Below, piece after piece: positions 24,001-26,904 of a stretch of 64,000 bases of DNA. The notes under the pieces were generated by a model, which saw nothing but the letters and a program-made list of their open reading frames with translations, was not told where the DNA came from and made no database searches. Position numbers and translations under genes: made by a program. Position 1 is the stretch's first letter, and each line of letters starts with the position of its first letter. The stretch comes from Candidatus Omnitrophota bacterium (GTDB lineage: Bacteria > Omnitrophota > Gorgyraeia > JABMRG01 > JAFGKX01), in contig JAZDPX010000045.1 of assembly GCA_043797125.1 (NCBI GenBank), positions 72,338 to 136,337 on the forward strand, in the 5' to 3' direction.

Positions 24001-25326
24001 CTCGCATTGTTCGGATGATAAATTGCCTTTAAACATATGCCGAGTTTCATATGCCATGTTGTTATATTTAATAACCGGCATAACAGATTCCATGACCCCT
24101 GAGTCTAACCCCGGCGTTGCAATATCTCTTATTGTAGATATAATATCAACTGCGTAGGCAATATTTGTGTCTATAAGAATCTTTGCTATGTGCTGGTTGT
24201 TGTTCTCTATAATGCTGACTCCTCCGGCGCCTGCTAATTTGCGTTTGCACTCTTCTATAACCGAGGTTTCTGTTGTTATAACTATTCTGCCGGATTGCTC
24301 CTTATCTAAAAAGAAGATCCCGTGGCCCCTCGCCCTACGATTCGGTTTGTACACCAAGGGCAATGCAATATCGCCCCAAAGCGCCCTCTTTATTGTGTCT
24401 TTAAAGTCTTTGATGTCTGCCGGGTTTACAAAAAGTGCATTTTGCCCGTCGTCGTCTCCAAACGTGACAAAAAATTCCGGCTGCTGAATTGGGCCGCTTC
24501 TAAAAAAGTTTCTCTGCTGGTATTTATGATTAAATCTATTTCGCATTTGTAGAAACGTAAGCCGCATAGCTGGCGGCAGGTTTGGGAAGGGGTTTGAGAT
24601 CTTCTCTGTCTGCGGAATCTGTTTCTTGGGCGTTTTTAGCACAATCTTGTTTAAAGGGATGCTCGGCTCGTATGCTGTTTTGCCTGTCGTTTCCCCGCTT
24701 ATGGCTTCTGCGCTCTCGCCCCGGCCTTTTTCTGTTTTTGCGTTAATCGCTTCTTCAAAAAGGTCTTGCACGTTTTCATTTTCGCACGCAAGCGGCGCAG
24801 CAAGGCTGCTTTGCATCGCCGTCATAATATCCCCATAGCCCGGCAATGCGCCTTGCATTCTTTGCTCATAAAGCCTCTCGCAGTCGCCATCTCCGAGATT
24901 TGGGCATATTACGATATAGGAGATGTCTTTTTGCTTTAAGATATTTGTTATCGCGCGGGTATGGAAGCCGCCTGTTACCAACACGCTTTTTACGCTACCG
25001 GTTCTATCCATCGCTCGCAATGTGTTTTCAATTAACGCAACGTCTCTTTTTGTGGCTAATTCGTAATATTCTTTTGCGTTGTTTATCGCTTCCTGGTTTA
25101 TCTGCGTTGTTAAAATATAAGGATTTATGGACAGGCCGCATTCCGGCATGTGTTTGCTTAAAAATGTTTTTATGTTAGCTATGTTTGTGTGTTCTGTGTC
25201 ATTATTAATGGAGGCGAGGCGCTCGTTGGTGAGTTTAAGCGAAAATAAATCGTTAAGCAGATTTATTGCTTTTGAGAATTTAACAAGCTCGCGCTGGGTG
25301 TTGTTTTGAGAAATGGCGGTAAGCAT
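1..25326 (-). CDS. giant multidomain protein, 3'-partial (continues beyond left window edge); >8,400 codons in window; helical-repeat arrays, M48-like HEXXH module, internal duplications
   Basis: Minus-strand frame with codon starts at positions congruent to 1 mod 3 is open at every hand-translated site. Sites checked: 1-300, 3361-3615, 6541-6720, 11701-11991, 14881-15183, 23011-23253, 23821-24559, 25258-25510. The provided track lists no long minus ORF in 1..25262, as expected for a frame open to the window edge. The plus-strand ORFs here are low-complexity antisense artefacts. First in-frame ATG (reverse complement) is at 25324-25326, and an in-frame TAG lies just upstream at ~25499-25501. 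Confidence 0.6.
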   Translation of the reverse strand, partial: MLTAISQNNTQRELVKFSKAINLLNDLFSLKLTNERLASINNDTEHTNIANIKTFLSKHMPECGLSINPYILTTQINQEAINNAKEYYELATKRDVALIENTLRAMDRTGSVKSVLVTGGFHTRAITNILKQKDISYIVICPNLGDGDCERLYEQRMQGALPGYGDIMTAMQSSLAAPLACENENVQDLFEEAINAKTEKGRGESAEAISGETTGKTAYEPSIPLNKIVLKTPKKQIPQTEKISNPFPNLPPAMRLTFLQMRNRFNHKYQQRNFFRSGPIQQPEFFVTFGDDDGQNALFVNPADIKDFKDTIKRALWGDIALPLVYKPNRRARGHGIFFLDKEQSGRIVITTETSVIEECKRKLAGAGGVSIIENNNQHIAKILIDTNIAYAVDIISTIRDIATPGLDSGVMESVMPVIKYNNMAYETRHMFKGNLSSEQCELVYDTDAASGMEGTFARIGSSAEFSNYTGREERAAVLGWKDVYNPLYEMFNIPEESREEFRAHVDEAVKKQYRYMVRRFKAAGINANVEIRGQFDLMWLPPTETEEKNFPVPALGEALLVPLDLKDYKLEIVVGQPARATTLQTGNPEQSPDMAKKQIPHQERNEELKSVLDKRETYTITKEEKGPRDAPKAPTRIRSPDLPEDVDIAGLTAATDANGKRSTIDILKRMHCLIEDGEASPFSGLYQEINEIFQKLCAHLTGKEWADAALYLLETDEVTAFTITNHKIVCISLGLLKHFQKNECLTKDVIAFILAHEIRHMVQGKGTTLKEKFAQEIDADVWALTLMNSASYNVLEAAKTFDILSKLDKLPDLLRTAVDLIDVHLPDEKRIKLIKEILDSSNWINTKTKHLFSQKALGQLSNKTLLLETIESSYSVKNINELTQLLEKAASFPEHIFEILVEGLDSALKAVPNDITTKDNEKHYLPALIFALICGNNDDYQDITKLLLEDITPPTPYKVFTFKRMRPEAYGVYDTILTQQKYAQLRQDYKNFFATIKQSLGTTMAEMVKFKLLKDSWPQIETKPSQHSSRHDDSRRIFREILENRLKNTLKGKLNNKNDIIAYLQTAQNFLMPQDTITFSFVGESLLTYIEFIWEGAFAISDKLSWQDWEDIMTTASRQEGLLVGFNDLSLLTNRLLEDTGLDNKAKADFLMKYPFLVYSRTAVRKTVFEFLYKHYREESLDKKSMETFFAKMLERITDKADKKMIYETIATDALEELKTGKTQLLDLFLSATLPWNLDETIIMMFDFWKEPKAKEERINTLEQLLQYYYSSNKHATTPMALSERLLYELKSCVPTPEAFDKQLIEIFKQAGIEVNPNTLGQQTKIMIRFFNSGGLLTKDLFDAYKARGIKDRRVLVEFLNSAYLAKLYKEKYNLTPKKKVDLRAFSGRDIFETSFLVDGMQNVTEPSEVILPLCIRVFFETIGTPATKEKLDELCYKLDLGQKQFKRKNPLSKAGRDRLESNISMTEKKANPNTAFSMQYEPFFQKMFNLPFYGDRTDFAGSRQDFFEGLFGFILNSSISFEGLIKITLKQLPPSYFRNFVLFSLLAREIKKNHQQLNPYDLQSFNEIAKEDKEFMKKLEQVLPHMVSDDKLATTNASLFLYLQRKAKGDKEGGIGVGAYVHLALKETIKTYLKELRGKKRHAFLDYVVRKTKYVYEKTSGYVSILANLFNLSISPAELWLFEHNFLKSRYVKKIKKIMDKKGLDTEGAQEALEAGKIAAFVPLIKNYYLEEIIGVIYTNAELIFLRKAILSYIARKRKHAGVSKIGIFYFDFNHQQKLAQPDAAIATALEQNIEAKIEAEIAVEGKINYILSLLPRSQPLRDKYLEMIAENVLSDIGISETEKVIHLQNLLGEFYNAYFRDKYSLKALELEKALKPDMHINDEIELIKKYFPDQSYSRDDILKSVLEKVETFQEYEQISGLFYAEKKGILDDEDKIKNVYYEEKFKVLFERMSCEEKKDFVLWIAGISQMPLFMREYEELLGVSFEPLKDIYSISPSAAYPHAGEGTRELLIGEMFLGKDGILKNEKIFMKLIDTVYNFIIKKTELGKDIKQGDLKKIFLTIMQEADGAKRLKVVKALFVNFAFLLKQEGQTSHAYYEIIPKVMESLDVIGIQVAQILVFSEDVRIPQALRNAFAALSSKANPLTKKVAFETLKNTNQQGKIKRIGKPLGSAKIKIVFEAEDYNNEELALKIKRPDVQHYLDEETAFFRRVCTSLRKKGLKIPHGFESRASEGLGRDADFKREIENTKKLEKQLAEINKENGYKFSSGEKIEFLVPKIREDSTETVLYAEKIAGSDLDNKEELKAKAGFTEAELIKLKKTIFDFLMVQLFGKGLYLADPHGGNFRIVRKDGKIKVYLIDVGAVEECKIDKKTYKDLLYGLIATDLGIKTKGNEHMLPAMFFKKTGYLTNGMSAREILDVIFSKMAPENRPYKNADAFMKSLPAGISLKYFLRSPVKVIKDVLKTGKKPGQSPDMVKKEISHEADEKQKKAVHRALVRIRSPEALEAVANSDALNVKKLAKKLNLTQDQIRQRLIQIAQPINVIIVKNRLTLHHEGPYAHTRRGVSKKGDTAIWLGEKLFASEKITDEDIALLLLEEAKHILDPYADHKIISHSKGLQRKLNRAAKALREPLPATICEADMAESMLKNPFVKIFIIGAGIFAALTYLVRNPDETLKRIDQYFNKKPQASLSKTAPVSISNVPMLDKDITDLLKRAAEDAQAADDLINLYYERADTEPMISLGIMGSLIDMARGGSGYIEEKLKQIDAAPLLKYTPNKLDAIYWIDKLTGFDNPTAFSCLVKLGNLGEAEAVSVLENATYGRARKTAKQALKEINPDKFAENIALEHLFTDSPSANALATMVNAGNVAARGELINLILKGNAWATIRAASADLKDDAKMRQLLKYMDTDVLINPTAEGKNQDFDFAALRVLIDIDNPNIYKTLRKLVSMGATVASYGLRYAAEQGKISVLGTLIDILKSNDVKNHFYYSVADSLLILASDENPAPDEIKNKALGVFKDDFKKALPYMQFEPGVNSPGVMAVVNKSIDLIGTDKVKKIRQDIEAKYNRAPQKILLYLCMPEVVYPLLEAHKQMAENGIDIDLSYFISAAFAEGYIAFAQDCIAGEETVFHIALPLGLDRFGESEERLRKKGFLPQNYKGFVRGGTTYNNEAGDNFPLGTFLSPKDALIAHGALLLEDRDNFIKEVKRHGYDTARLTEEEIEVGTYLQYCTGNSVPYLKEYGTDIVGKIGTGTHGNGIYNAQWPPAGAEFLEETGIVEKTGEPKKSEVAKEISANKPNASGIAIAGTLMTQIGGAWLRLWRRIRMLWAALRLGREESPDMADKELVHEVSNEELKKIIDENRMYRINIYDWWENHMQERLGRVRGKIHRTAELEGFDVKTMADKLGLKEDQAREELIRVGKKIDIIVVKNSFRLYRGGPIAHARRGVSRKDDRAIWIGQNLLLSADIDDTDIARLLLEEAKHILAPKLEHKDIAHNQALLKRLEEKAMFFPRGAEEETAEYRGKQIDEIKIENTPGIGPVRLVHILDKYTFGDYILANQHFIGPSIYYYDKEDINRHAAKLKILAGIKEDMSWLEFKWYLERNAQEAKDVFRCVNNQTSLKTKLLRFLKILPGNAPTKSKNDVKNLLAENNQVIIEDIWDILLDARALEEEDYDLIYDIISRFGAEGKRKILDEIMHKIFSPGEMNKIYYTNMIRIIAKALDRHNEAIKRDFLGGVKKGLRVYYSQTRNEDVLAKTEEGDVSVPRGAYVLKQILPHINDQTTMEELFEMVKPLLTYNTRGSDNPGPREREIGLWLCKNSLRRLEDDELKLFLLEQACSCLSYSYRGSTRKDMGPGMMDILAAELIAETMPYLAFSNQETLMPKLIENLGYAELVDRGSRIDKITKIASKFNNWQKANILYAGNFSKAKAPSWIKEYLPDQRPVDKKEEYRLVADIAASIETRGLAGRMADCGVNAEEAKKLLTKEIPLRYQDMLTADMAATTAVAMAESRIGIDKIRSLLMDTIPQQYNNADLCYYMIGAIKAAAIMAKGGIDIEIIERAIGEKWPIQCRGNTSLAARIIEQAGIRAVGLIKSGVADKIVSAAKDAAKENISKGAVESLFIYDLVLLYHDINRTIPAEEAPEEASLPDYSMNKDKAFRAIGLIGNDKDTEYGWSYAYETAWSELVQRYALMDEIKIGETILQLIKLGVRFEEIKTIFTIGLKGNERLAKSVSRIAESEIKRYGLISPRDKTDLTTLPCSDTPFAYEKGDEDAKALIMLLFCEIPLKYREIPVEAAKAAAGLVWRGAEITKVKNLFLENQGTYGKVQKFNKILDSGAIYKIADKIEKLKPTGSSKTIARVIDLLFFQMPDNYDYADRFADAVETLEKIASSDIIDKIATKLNWLVSEKEARAKLAELLFFRLQTDPLCRQFQGPSGRNETSDVAMRAHVYAYEVAEGLGEITGSGVINKIAEKLGKLIGEEKAKAKTTELILSEMPFYDHVSAYETAPLLEQIAALDIIDKISAKLSTRLGEEEAKTKVIDFLLFKLPKLYGKNFYRIAKAAGSIISEAGFSFESTAEFLLETPNPHLDTTAKTIELIEELAESDAIAKIVTELRNHLNALTGKASEEKAKAKTIDPLLFKVFLKYDNNSHEILNAILQMLKTGVSISAIQECLENFASADKSTSLETIKILGNIAGSEQISKIRSALKQQLDDFGATNTIELMLTRWLPHEYSSVTCEKGPGQDDLSREINKAINLASSDPAASKLIELLFIKLPSCKYGINVCDLVIKMIKAGASIEQTEQLLTEEMPKMYGAQAKEAVPGLLELGQRFEKSNLKRFLEIVIKRLPRELSNFTASIESFMRGMQTIPAQRLLQYIDSRDKKRAMDIMLLDNNHQSIFEHIELFMNALEDKQEDKKKKSEKTLFINNVFIQVASESSPGNNAPPSHVQFWQIVKAACDLKEKHGNWREEIRSIELDNQAFKELKIELLEKNRFLESWEQFQRLEMLISIIGANDLEKALNLYRFSGTEDGRKIYAYYHKLLTHQAVKSGYSKTIEKMILDPREFLDLEDTNVPLSNHIKKISRLLELEYVDIGAEELLLGLILGKYDHLQVLQPLSTTIDISDVDTEIKTIKGGSLLQRLASYGAEEGILREVLVKYFKQKQESDDYKTQTNGTANGINKILTLLQKGQTTFGTIVDQTKNAKFGVEELKGCGLILPRYTISLMRKSDPDTIMTGSELSNCMSLSSGKNTHYIFNPNSQILILSKETASADGIRYNKILATSVVTADREITRRISELEEIIKSVAPSSINPSQYDEAIEKLRDLFDAEKLFGSDFMDKISKEVYISLDNVEGDANFASSNKMAEKIVETAYIKFFKEYFEERGTTLRGRPINKSKVIVGTRHSKFLHSLDGKLDNYFLTQILNVYSDKADSTVNFLPIEDSYKPTPAKELNGVKPLSPEDLLEISYIESKAFKDIALGGNHIAGIEMELLGIMYNEALKGERRKNLSLGYFKDGKLLGYVIAHVGYDKEREEEIVCISDFAVLHKKGKAAGALMKELFKSIRGTAKMFKEKYEKDIKIIFDSTPDAQGSYWLLMPRKDDSEATKLKKQQRLAEAGLIIESPAEADTQPGKDFIKFVLRVDLDAPEQNYKNSRELVPVAQIGKDGEFTEIDLARQTATIKDLKGDKHPVKLELQSDETLKALITAVETLIKDKPAHRKLLEMFLKLREKSPPALYTFDTLIEDAFGTALPEQNTILLYKNLLNNPNALLHEIEEYVCKSNNIQFKLQDDTLVIAKSKLYILKSITKIKLPAPILEWLNIKLRQNPENKTHYYLRALAKATLGETDEKLTKAIKQQAGTEKAYVQINQLKFIKDDESEAMVDVYERAPGSAYGEKLGTLTLYQRTMDHPLRMVQAGIDALGIKDSERNWLLYFMFRPLQYAQPKFYIYNKLIKGLTSFASPEHRLIALYEDFADEPIAAWHELMKYLIKAGKLKIKFKHSHWGKNKIVVEDSDKKEKAEINITGEALSIALKNPKESDYLLKALQREIFKDSDKKLIRKIQHKQNPPAEDVSILSLINSSCCWFGKLKIAADKIARPEAKIKTLTNLAIAQAKAGLKEEAKKTFDDVKTTIEENDGITYKISYLAELAITQAQVGLKEEAKKTIIAAENLLAKTKEGLFKQEGYESLAAAQIETGLFDDAKNNINETINASRKFALLIRLAIKQAKEGLAEKAESTLEEAKDIIKEEPVYSADFEDVPTGWANLGAAQAQIGLTKEAKESFAKAQSLLDSKGVLAYGVETHWGYFVKAQIRAGFFDDAKYTMDKHNAGGVSISDIASAKMQTGLLDEVKDMIDKMHYTNDKFELLINLIAKQVEKGLVKDAINTLKDAQGVMHATSRASYINKLAELATAQALVGLTEEAEATIFKARMALDDISGSSKLKARVILAGAQMHAKLFEKAKDAIEDVIDSYDEAKIDADFILALSSFTNHTPALIKRFTEPKKLKELLDAPRQKEKAKAQKLFSQALLLGFWNEQFARQDCIKLAYRAAEACLNGLGFKKESISLLTKTESKTLKLLVSVNKQRDYQRQKQFIHDFLEIIMLWYQLFPGDANLYNLTTIFDNYDASTVSASRKLSAILTLLQEIENKCNYIGLFSKLSREPKVFIYQLELIAKYKHSLDLLDDPQKIARLDLTNMDEASSKTSIEEVICDSLSDLLGGEISKTKRKLHSDATEALADADFLVDLFNFRQAYSKESEAAYTRLTELARVYLLKGTQGIIEHKASHRLAFKQAPHHVRDKFSELAKLKETASPEAPDDNLSIFDAWFKTNFENYKRHIGEYSASFRESSVASEEDIQKLENKLKDLYAGAADVQLKEAILSKDINELKKLRFDKENLDENKRNGAIGLLGKLNIIKDNSISKQAMGIMDEIGLIEQCPLDEQAQEVRKLYERCENSLADIITGLNTLYQMLQSQNKPQSIIAADMIGLLKTLQKLPTSRQKSKEAVSAEVGFDLKETLKIGRYGASGQGNCQRSTSAGENKHSLTSFIGDAQELIIITKNAAMDTLGLVLLHGVYLESGEFVYVKEKLYTNYNHLTGAQQKAVSKLTQGIANLLNIKILDCYGEGEKETFTVTIPESYVPRYLDSLGGQVKAASAKATITSSVIEPQVKIGNPASARIGKKGGARGIIYRNGKRYLSIQDIELERYGFAPYELAQVEIKALDKNRVETLMRSAQALAETPLRDKEIWGKFLELFKNIPEKDKPEFCSFKPSAEHPTLDYFGHAEPKDKLLVLHENLLEYPLALLHEIKEYVCKYYKIEFEVEKKEQGGGATITIKGIGKIEIAGDNYSRLNNRLINMPQEYKTHYFLLSIQEALLPKQNTQLREKIRKEQVIAQEKLTDIYVGNFSKGALEETPTAQHAKKPVTKNKKKILEHIATERSLTDVAKTAETKYKLVIDDEAATQYKSLVIDKKNKRLAMSCFKALKKISSTGNNIGKIQSKKRTGFKGIKYGIGAKEEPVVPRAIRLTGDLRILFAPVKVYGKQVMLIFGIKTHKELEGGGARNEYDQFTAAAKAAADFKQGYIDLIKNDLKEYIAKNNITKAQALEGRLQEIAKMIFVEQQRPADNRPEFIRIDNVSGISKIDRKDYENMGFPQYDTTTSDNIAGRIGKETMLILETFKFTKPDKNQAKIEICKPVGADEIIEGEPTKVVSLGTLFFNKTGIDPKTALRDSVEKAGLMLEEDKQFVFKITDFYEETPALYNFAYADLIKDLFGFALNDERNLIVLHEKLVGNPVALFHELCHYFIGYEPGRQKLLELVYDRENAAIIVRARKDSSQEFEEIGRARISPETLLSIANEDKEAWPEYGQWHKNPHHLLRILQRQIFGKYDVELTRWIKLNKDLHGFRKIEDSLYEKFRKDRSFIAQLGHGRKSFDLPGIELDLSKEETKKRLHAQHCLVRAICKRELGDYKGAETEIKEAIKAYPDEEFLYWKALDIYEEAKDYERLNEMYEKIAEKFGQFSKLHVRMLEAYEWYSPREENVQRIIKHSGLLVAKAAEEEDICLGYCARITIAIRSEQYNMARYYIQQAQKGSFSKEFALETDFYLAATELLEGKTDEARARLENIFKETLENMELKEAMRFISSIYGNVHSAELLELLLSEISGKEGEKEKQKASVRMKYCILSMLHSIEPDNETILKLKAVVGGIFEEASHIQECLEKAETEPDARGKINIIETTLKKYPDNTILKDEIAKICLNEGTAAFDAKDLDTAVEFFRKALEVKPEDRVIIDKAAQAFLDKAKQHSQQNHFTEAVTILEEAFKHCKGKPVINELKTTYVNAAEALLKDKDWNILARSDKEDFKRAKEYFEKAHELEKAKELDLQDSTIKTRLDKVKAHYEKVFELDNMFREAETLMAETRTREEKVNALVGKAPTLEGKDNTAGSRYPLVLNA
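5900..7060 (-). other. array of ~36-40-aa alpha-helical hairpin repeats (TPR-like) within the giant ORF
   Basis: Translation of 6541-6720 gives ...FALLIRLAIKQAKEGLAEKAESTLEEAKDIIKEE.... The DNA periodicity (gcctctgcttcttc...gggcctgggc motifs) recurs across ~5.9-7.1 kb. Confidence 0.5.
11400..12300 (-). other. HEAT/armadillo-like ~55-aa helical repeats within the giant ORF (recurrent GEE[EK]AKAK / IDKI..KL motif)
   Basis: Translation of 11701-11991 gives ...AEKLGKLIGEEKAKAKTTELILSEMPFYDHVSAYETAPLLEQIAALDIIDKISAKLSTRLGEEEAKTKVIDFLL.... The DNA repeats visibly (ttcttcttcgccaa / ttttcgcc motifs). Confidence 0.45.
23044..23058 (-). other. HEIRH (HEXXH) zinc-metallopeptidase motif inside the giant ORF, with upstream NAF-like and GLL elements in an M48/HtpX-like arrangement
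   Basis: Careful translation of 23011-23253 gives ...EVTAFTITNHKIVCISLGLLKHFQKNECLTKDVIAFILAHEIRHMVQGKG. Confidence 0.5.
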
Positions 25327-26477
25327 TTTCTCTTGCGCTGCTTCGATTTCTTCGAAAAGCGCAAGGTGGTCGATGCGCTTGGAGAGCGCAAGGTAGTCGA
25401 TGTAGGCGAATAAATCATTGTGGGCTGTGGGCTGTGGGCTGTGGGCTTGTTGGCTGGTGACTTTGTGACCTGGTGACCTGGTGACTCCGCCAGTCCTGCT
25501 AGATAACTATAAAATTCCTCGTCCGTTATTTTGCCCAGCTTAAATTCCAAGCTTTTCGAGAGAAGCTCCTGTAATTTATCTTTCTCGAGGGTTTCTGAAA
25601 GTTCCTTTATCAACGCCTCCCTTTGTTCCTGGGCTTTGTTAAAATCTATTGCCTTCTCTTTTTCGACAAGCGCGATGAATGCCTGCAAATTTTTATATTT
25701 TGTTAAATCTGTTTTTGCTTTGTTGGAATATTTTTCTAATTGCTGGGCGTATTCTGAAAGCGTGATCGTTTTGTTGCTGTAATCATCGTTTGCCCTGTCA
25801 AGCGCAAGCATATCCTTTGCGTACGCTTCGGCTTTTAGCCTGTTTAAATCCGACCTTAAAAGCGCCGCGAAAGAAATTACATCCTGCTTGTTTAGCTGGT
25901 ATTTTTTATTACAATCAAGATGTTCAAGGTATAAGCCTCTATCCTCAACGCCTGTAGGCACTAAATATTTATCCCTGTTGGTTATCTTGTAAAATTCCGC
26001 CCCTGTAAAAAGCGCTGTTTTTACAAATGCTTGCGCAACCTGCTTTTTTCTTTCTGTATCCGGGAATTTATCGTAAAAGGATGTATCAAGCTCTCCGGAG
26101 GCGCCTTCAAGGCATAAAAGATGAAGGTTGTGCTTTTGCGCCAGGTTATCTATTATGCCTGCTATGTTAAATTGGGCGCAAGCATCCGCATGGCGGTCCT
26201 GGATGTGGACAATTAACTTTTGCTGGCTGCCTTTATATGTTTCTAAGACTCTGCCGTGTTTTTGGGATACTGACAAATCCAGCGGCGTAAGCGCAAGGCC
26301 GGTTTCTGCTTCTTTTGTTTCTTCATTAACATATCTTTGCGCGTGGGAGGTTTTCTTAAACAGGGTCTGGCCGTCAAAGCCGTAAGCAGGCGTGTTTGTT
26401 GTGAGAAAACATATTATTAGTATTATTGAGATAATCCTAATAATAAATTTCTTATGAGGCTTATGTACGTCTATCAT
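25263..26477 (-). CDS. signal-anchored secreted/membrane module (404 aa); probable 5' portion of the giant gene, separated from it by a frameshift inside a heptamer repeat
   Basis: ATG at 26477 with N-terminal hydrophobic helix (MIDVHKPHKKFIIRIISIILIICFLTTNTPAYG). Protein-like sequence continues until the repeat tract at 25420-25489. After the tract, this frame becomes low-complexity junk while the giant frame becomes protein-like. Confidence 0.55.
   Translation of the reverse strand: MIDVHKPHKKFIIRIISIILIICFLTTNTPAYGFDGQTLFKKTSHAQRYVNEETKEAETGLALTPLDLSVSQKHGRVLETYKGSQQKLIVHIQDRHADACAQFNIAGIIDNLAQKHNLHLLCLEGASGELDTSFYDKFPDTERKKQVAQAFVKTALFTGAEFYKITNRDKYLVPTGVEDRGLYLEHLDCNKKYQLNKQDVISFAALLRSDLNRLKAEAYAKDMLALDRANDDYSNKTITLSEYAQQLEKYSNKAKTDLTKYKNLQAFIALVEKEKAIDFNKAQEQREALIKELSETLEKDKLQELLSKSLEFKLGKITDEEFYSYLAGLAESPGHQVTKSPANKPTAHSPQPTMIYSPTSTTLRSPSASTTLRFSKKSKQRKRKCLPPFLKTTPSASLLNSQKQ
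25420..25489. repeat. (GTGGGCT)4 heptanucleotide tandem repeat followed by degenerate 7/8-mer units (TGGTGAC-like); coding phase changes here
   Basis: Four perfect GTGGGCT copies at 25420-25447, then tgttggc, tggtgac, tttgtgac, ctggtgac, ctggtgac. Both reading frames through the tract encode AHSPQPT-like peptide. Confidence 0.8.
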
Positions 26478-26567
26478 ATCTTTTACTTTTTAAAACATTT
26501 AATTAGTAGATGCAAAAATAGAGGGCTTTTACACCCCTTCCCCTTTTCATTGCCTTTATGTGTTATA

Positions 26568-26596
26568 ATTATACACTACAATAGGCTATTTGTCAA
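26568..26596 (-). promoter_or_regulatory. sigma70-type promoter for the giant gene (TTGACA-17 bp-TATAAT on the minus strand)
   Basis: Reverse complement reads cTTGACAaatagcctattgtagtgTATAATtataac. The -35 is at 26591-26596 and the -10 at 26568-26573, about 90 nt upstream of the ATG at 26477. Confidence 0.55.
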
Positions 26597-26782
26597 GAGG
26601 TTATGGCAATGTTTGCCTGATAAATCAGGCAACTACATTGTTTTGGTTTATAACAAGAAAGCGAGATGGTGGGAAATGTTGCGTATCTTGCCGAAGCAAC
26701 TATGCCAAGTGAAGCTTTTGCTTATAATCTGATGGCTGTGCCACGAACCCGAGCCTTAGCTTTTCTTGCGGCGAGTGGTTCG

Positions 26783-26860
26783 TGGCGTCCCCAACCGGAT
26801 TCGAACCGGTGTCGAGGGCTTGAAAAGCCCTTGTCCTAGGCCAGGCTAGACGATGGGGAC
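26783..26860 (-). tRNA. tRNA-Glu (anticodon UUC)
   Basis: Reverse complement is GTCCCCATCGTCTAGCCTGGCCTAGGACAAGGGCTTTTCAAGCCCTCGACACCGGTTCGAATCCGGTTGGGGACGCCA. It folds as a cloverleaf, closely resembles E. coli tRNA-Glu, and encodes the CCA. Confidence 0.85.
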
Positions 26861-26904
26861 GCGGAAAAGTTCAAAATTCAAAATGTAAAATTCAAAATTC
26901 TTCT

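Noticed and set aside
200-25309. Dozens of plus-strand ORFs of 60-290 aa from the provided track (e.g. 524..1042, 10511..11383, 15166..15786, 21050..21517)
   Set aside because: Uniformly low-complexity (S/L/F/C-rich), overlapping one another, and antisense to a minus-strand frame that is open and protein-like wherever sampled. They are shadow ORFs of the giant gene.
25380-25500. CRISPR array at the GTGGGCT repeats
   Set aside because: Units are 7-8 nt direct tandem repeats without spacers. It is a coding microsatellite, not a CRISPR array.
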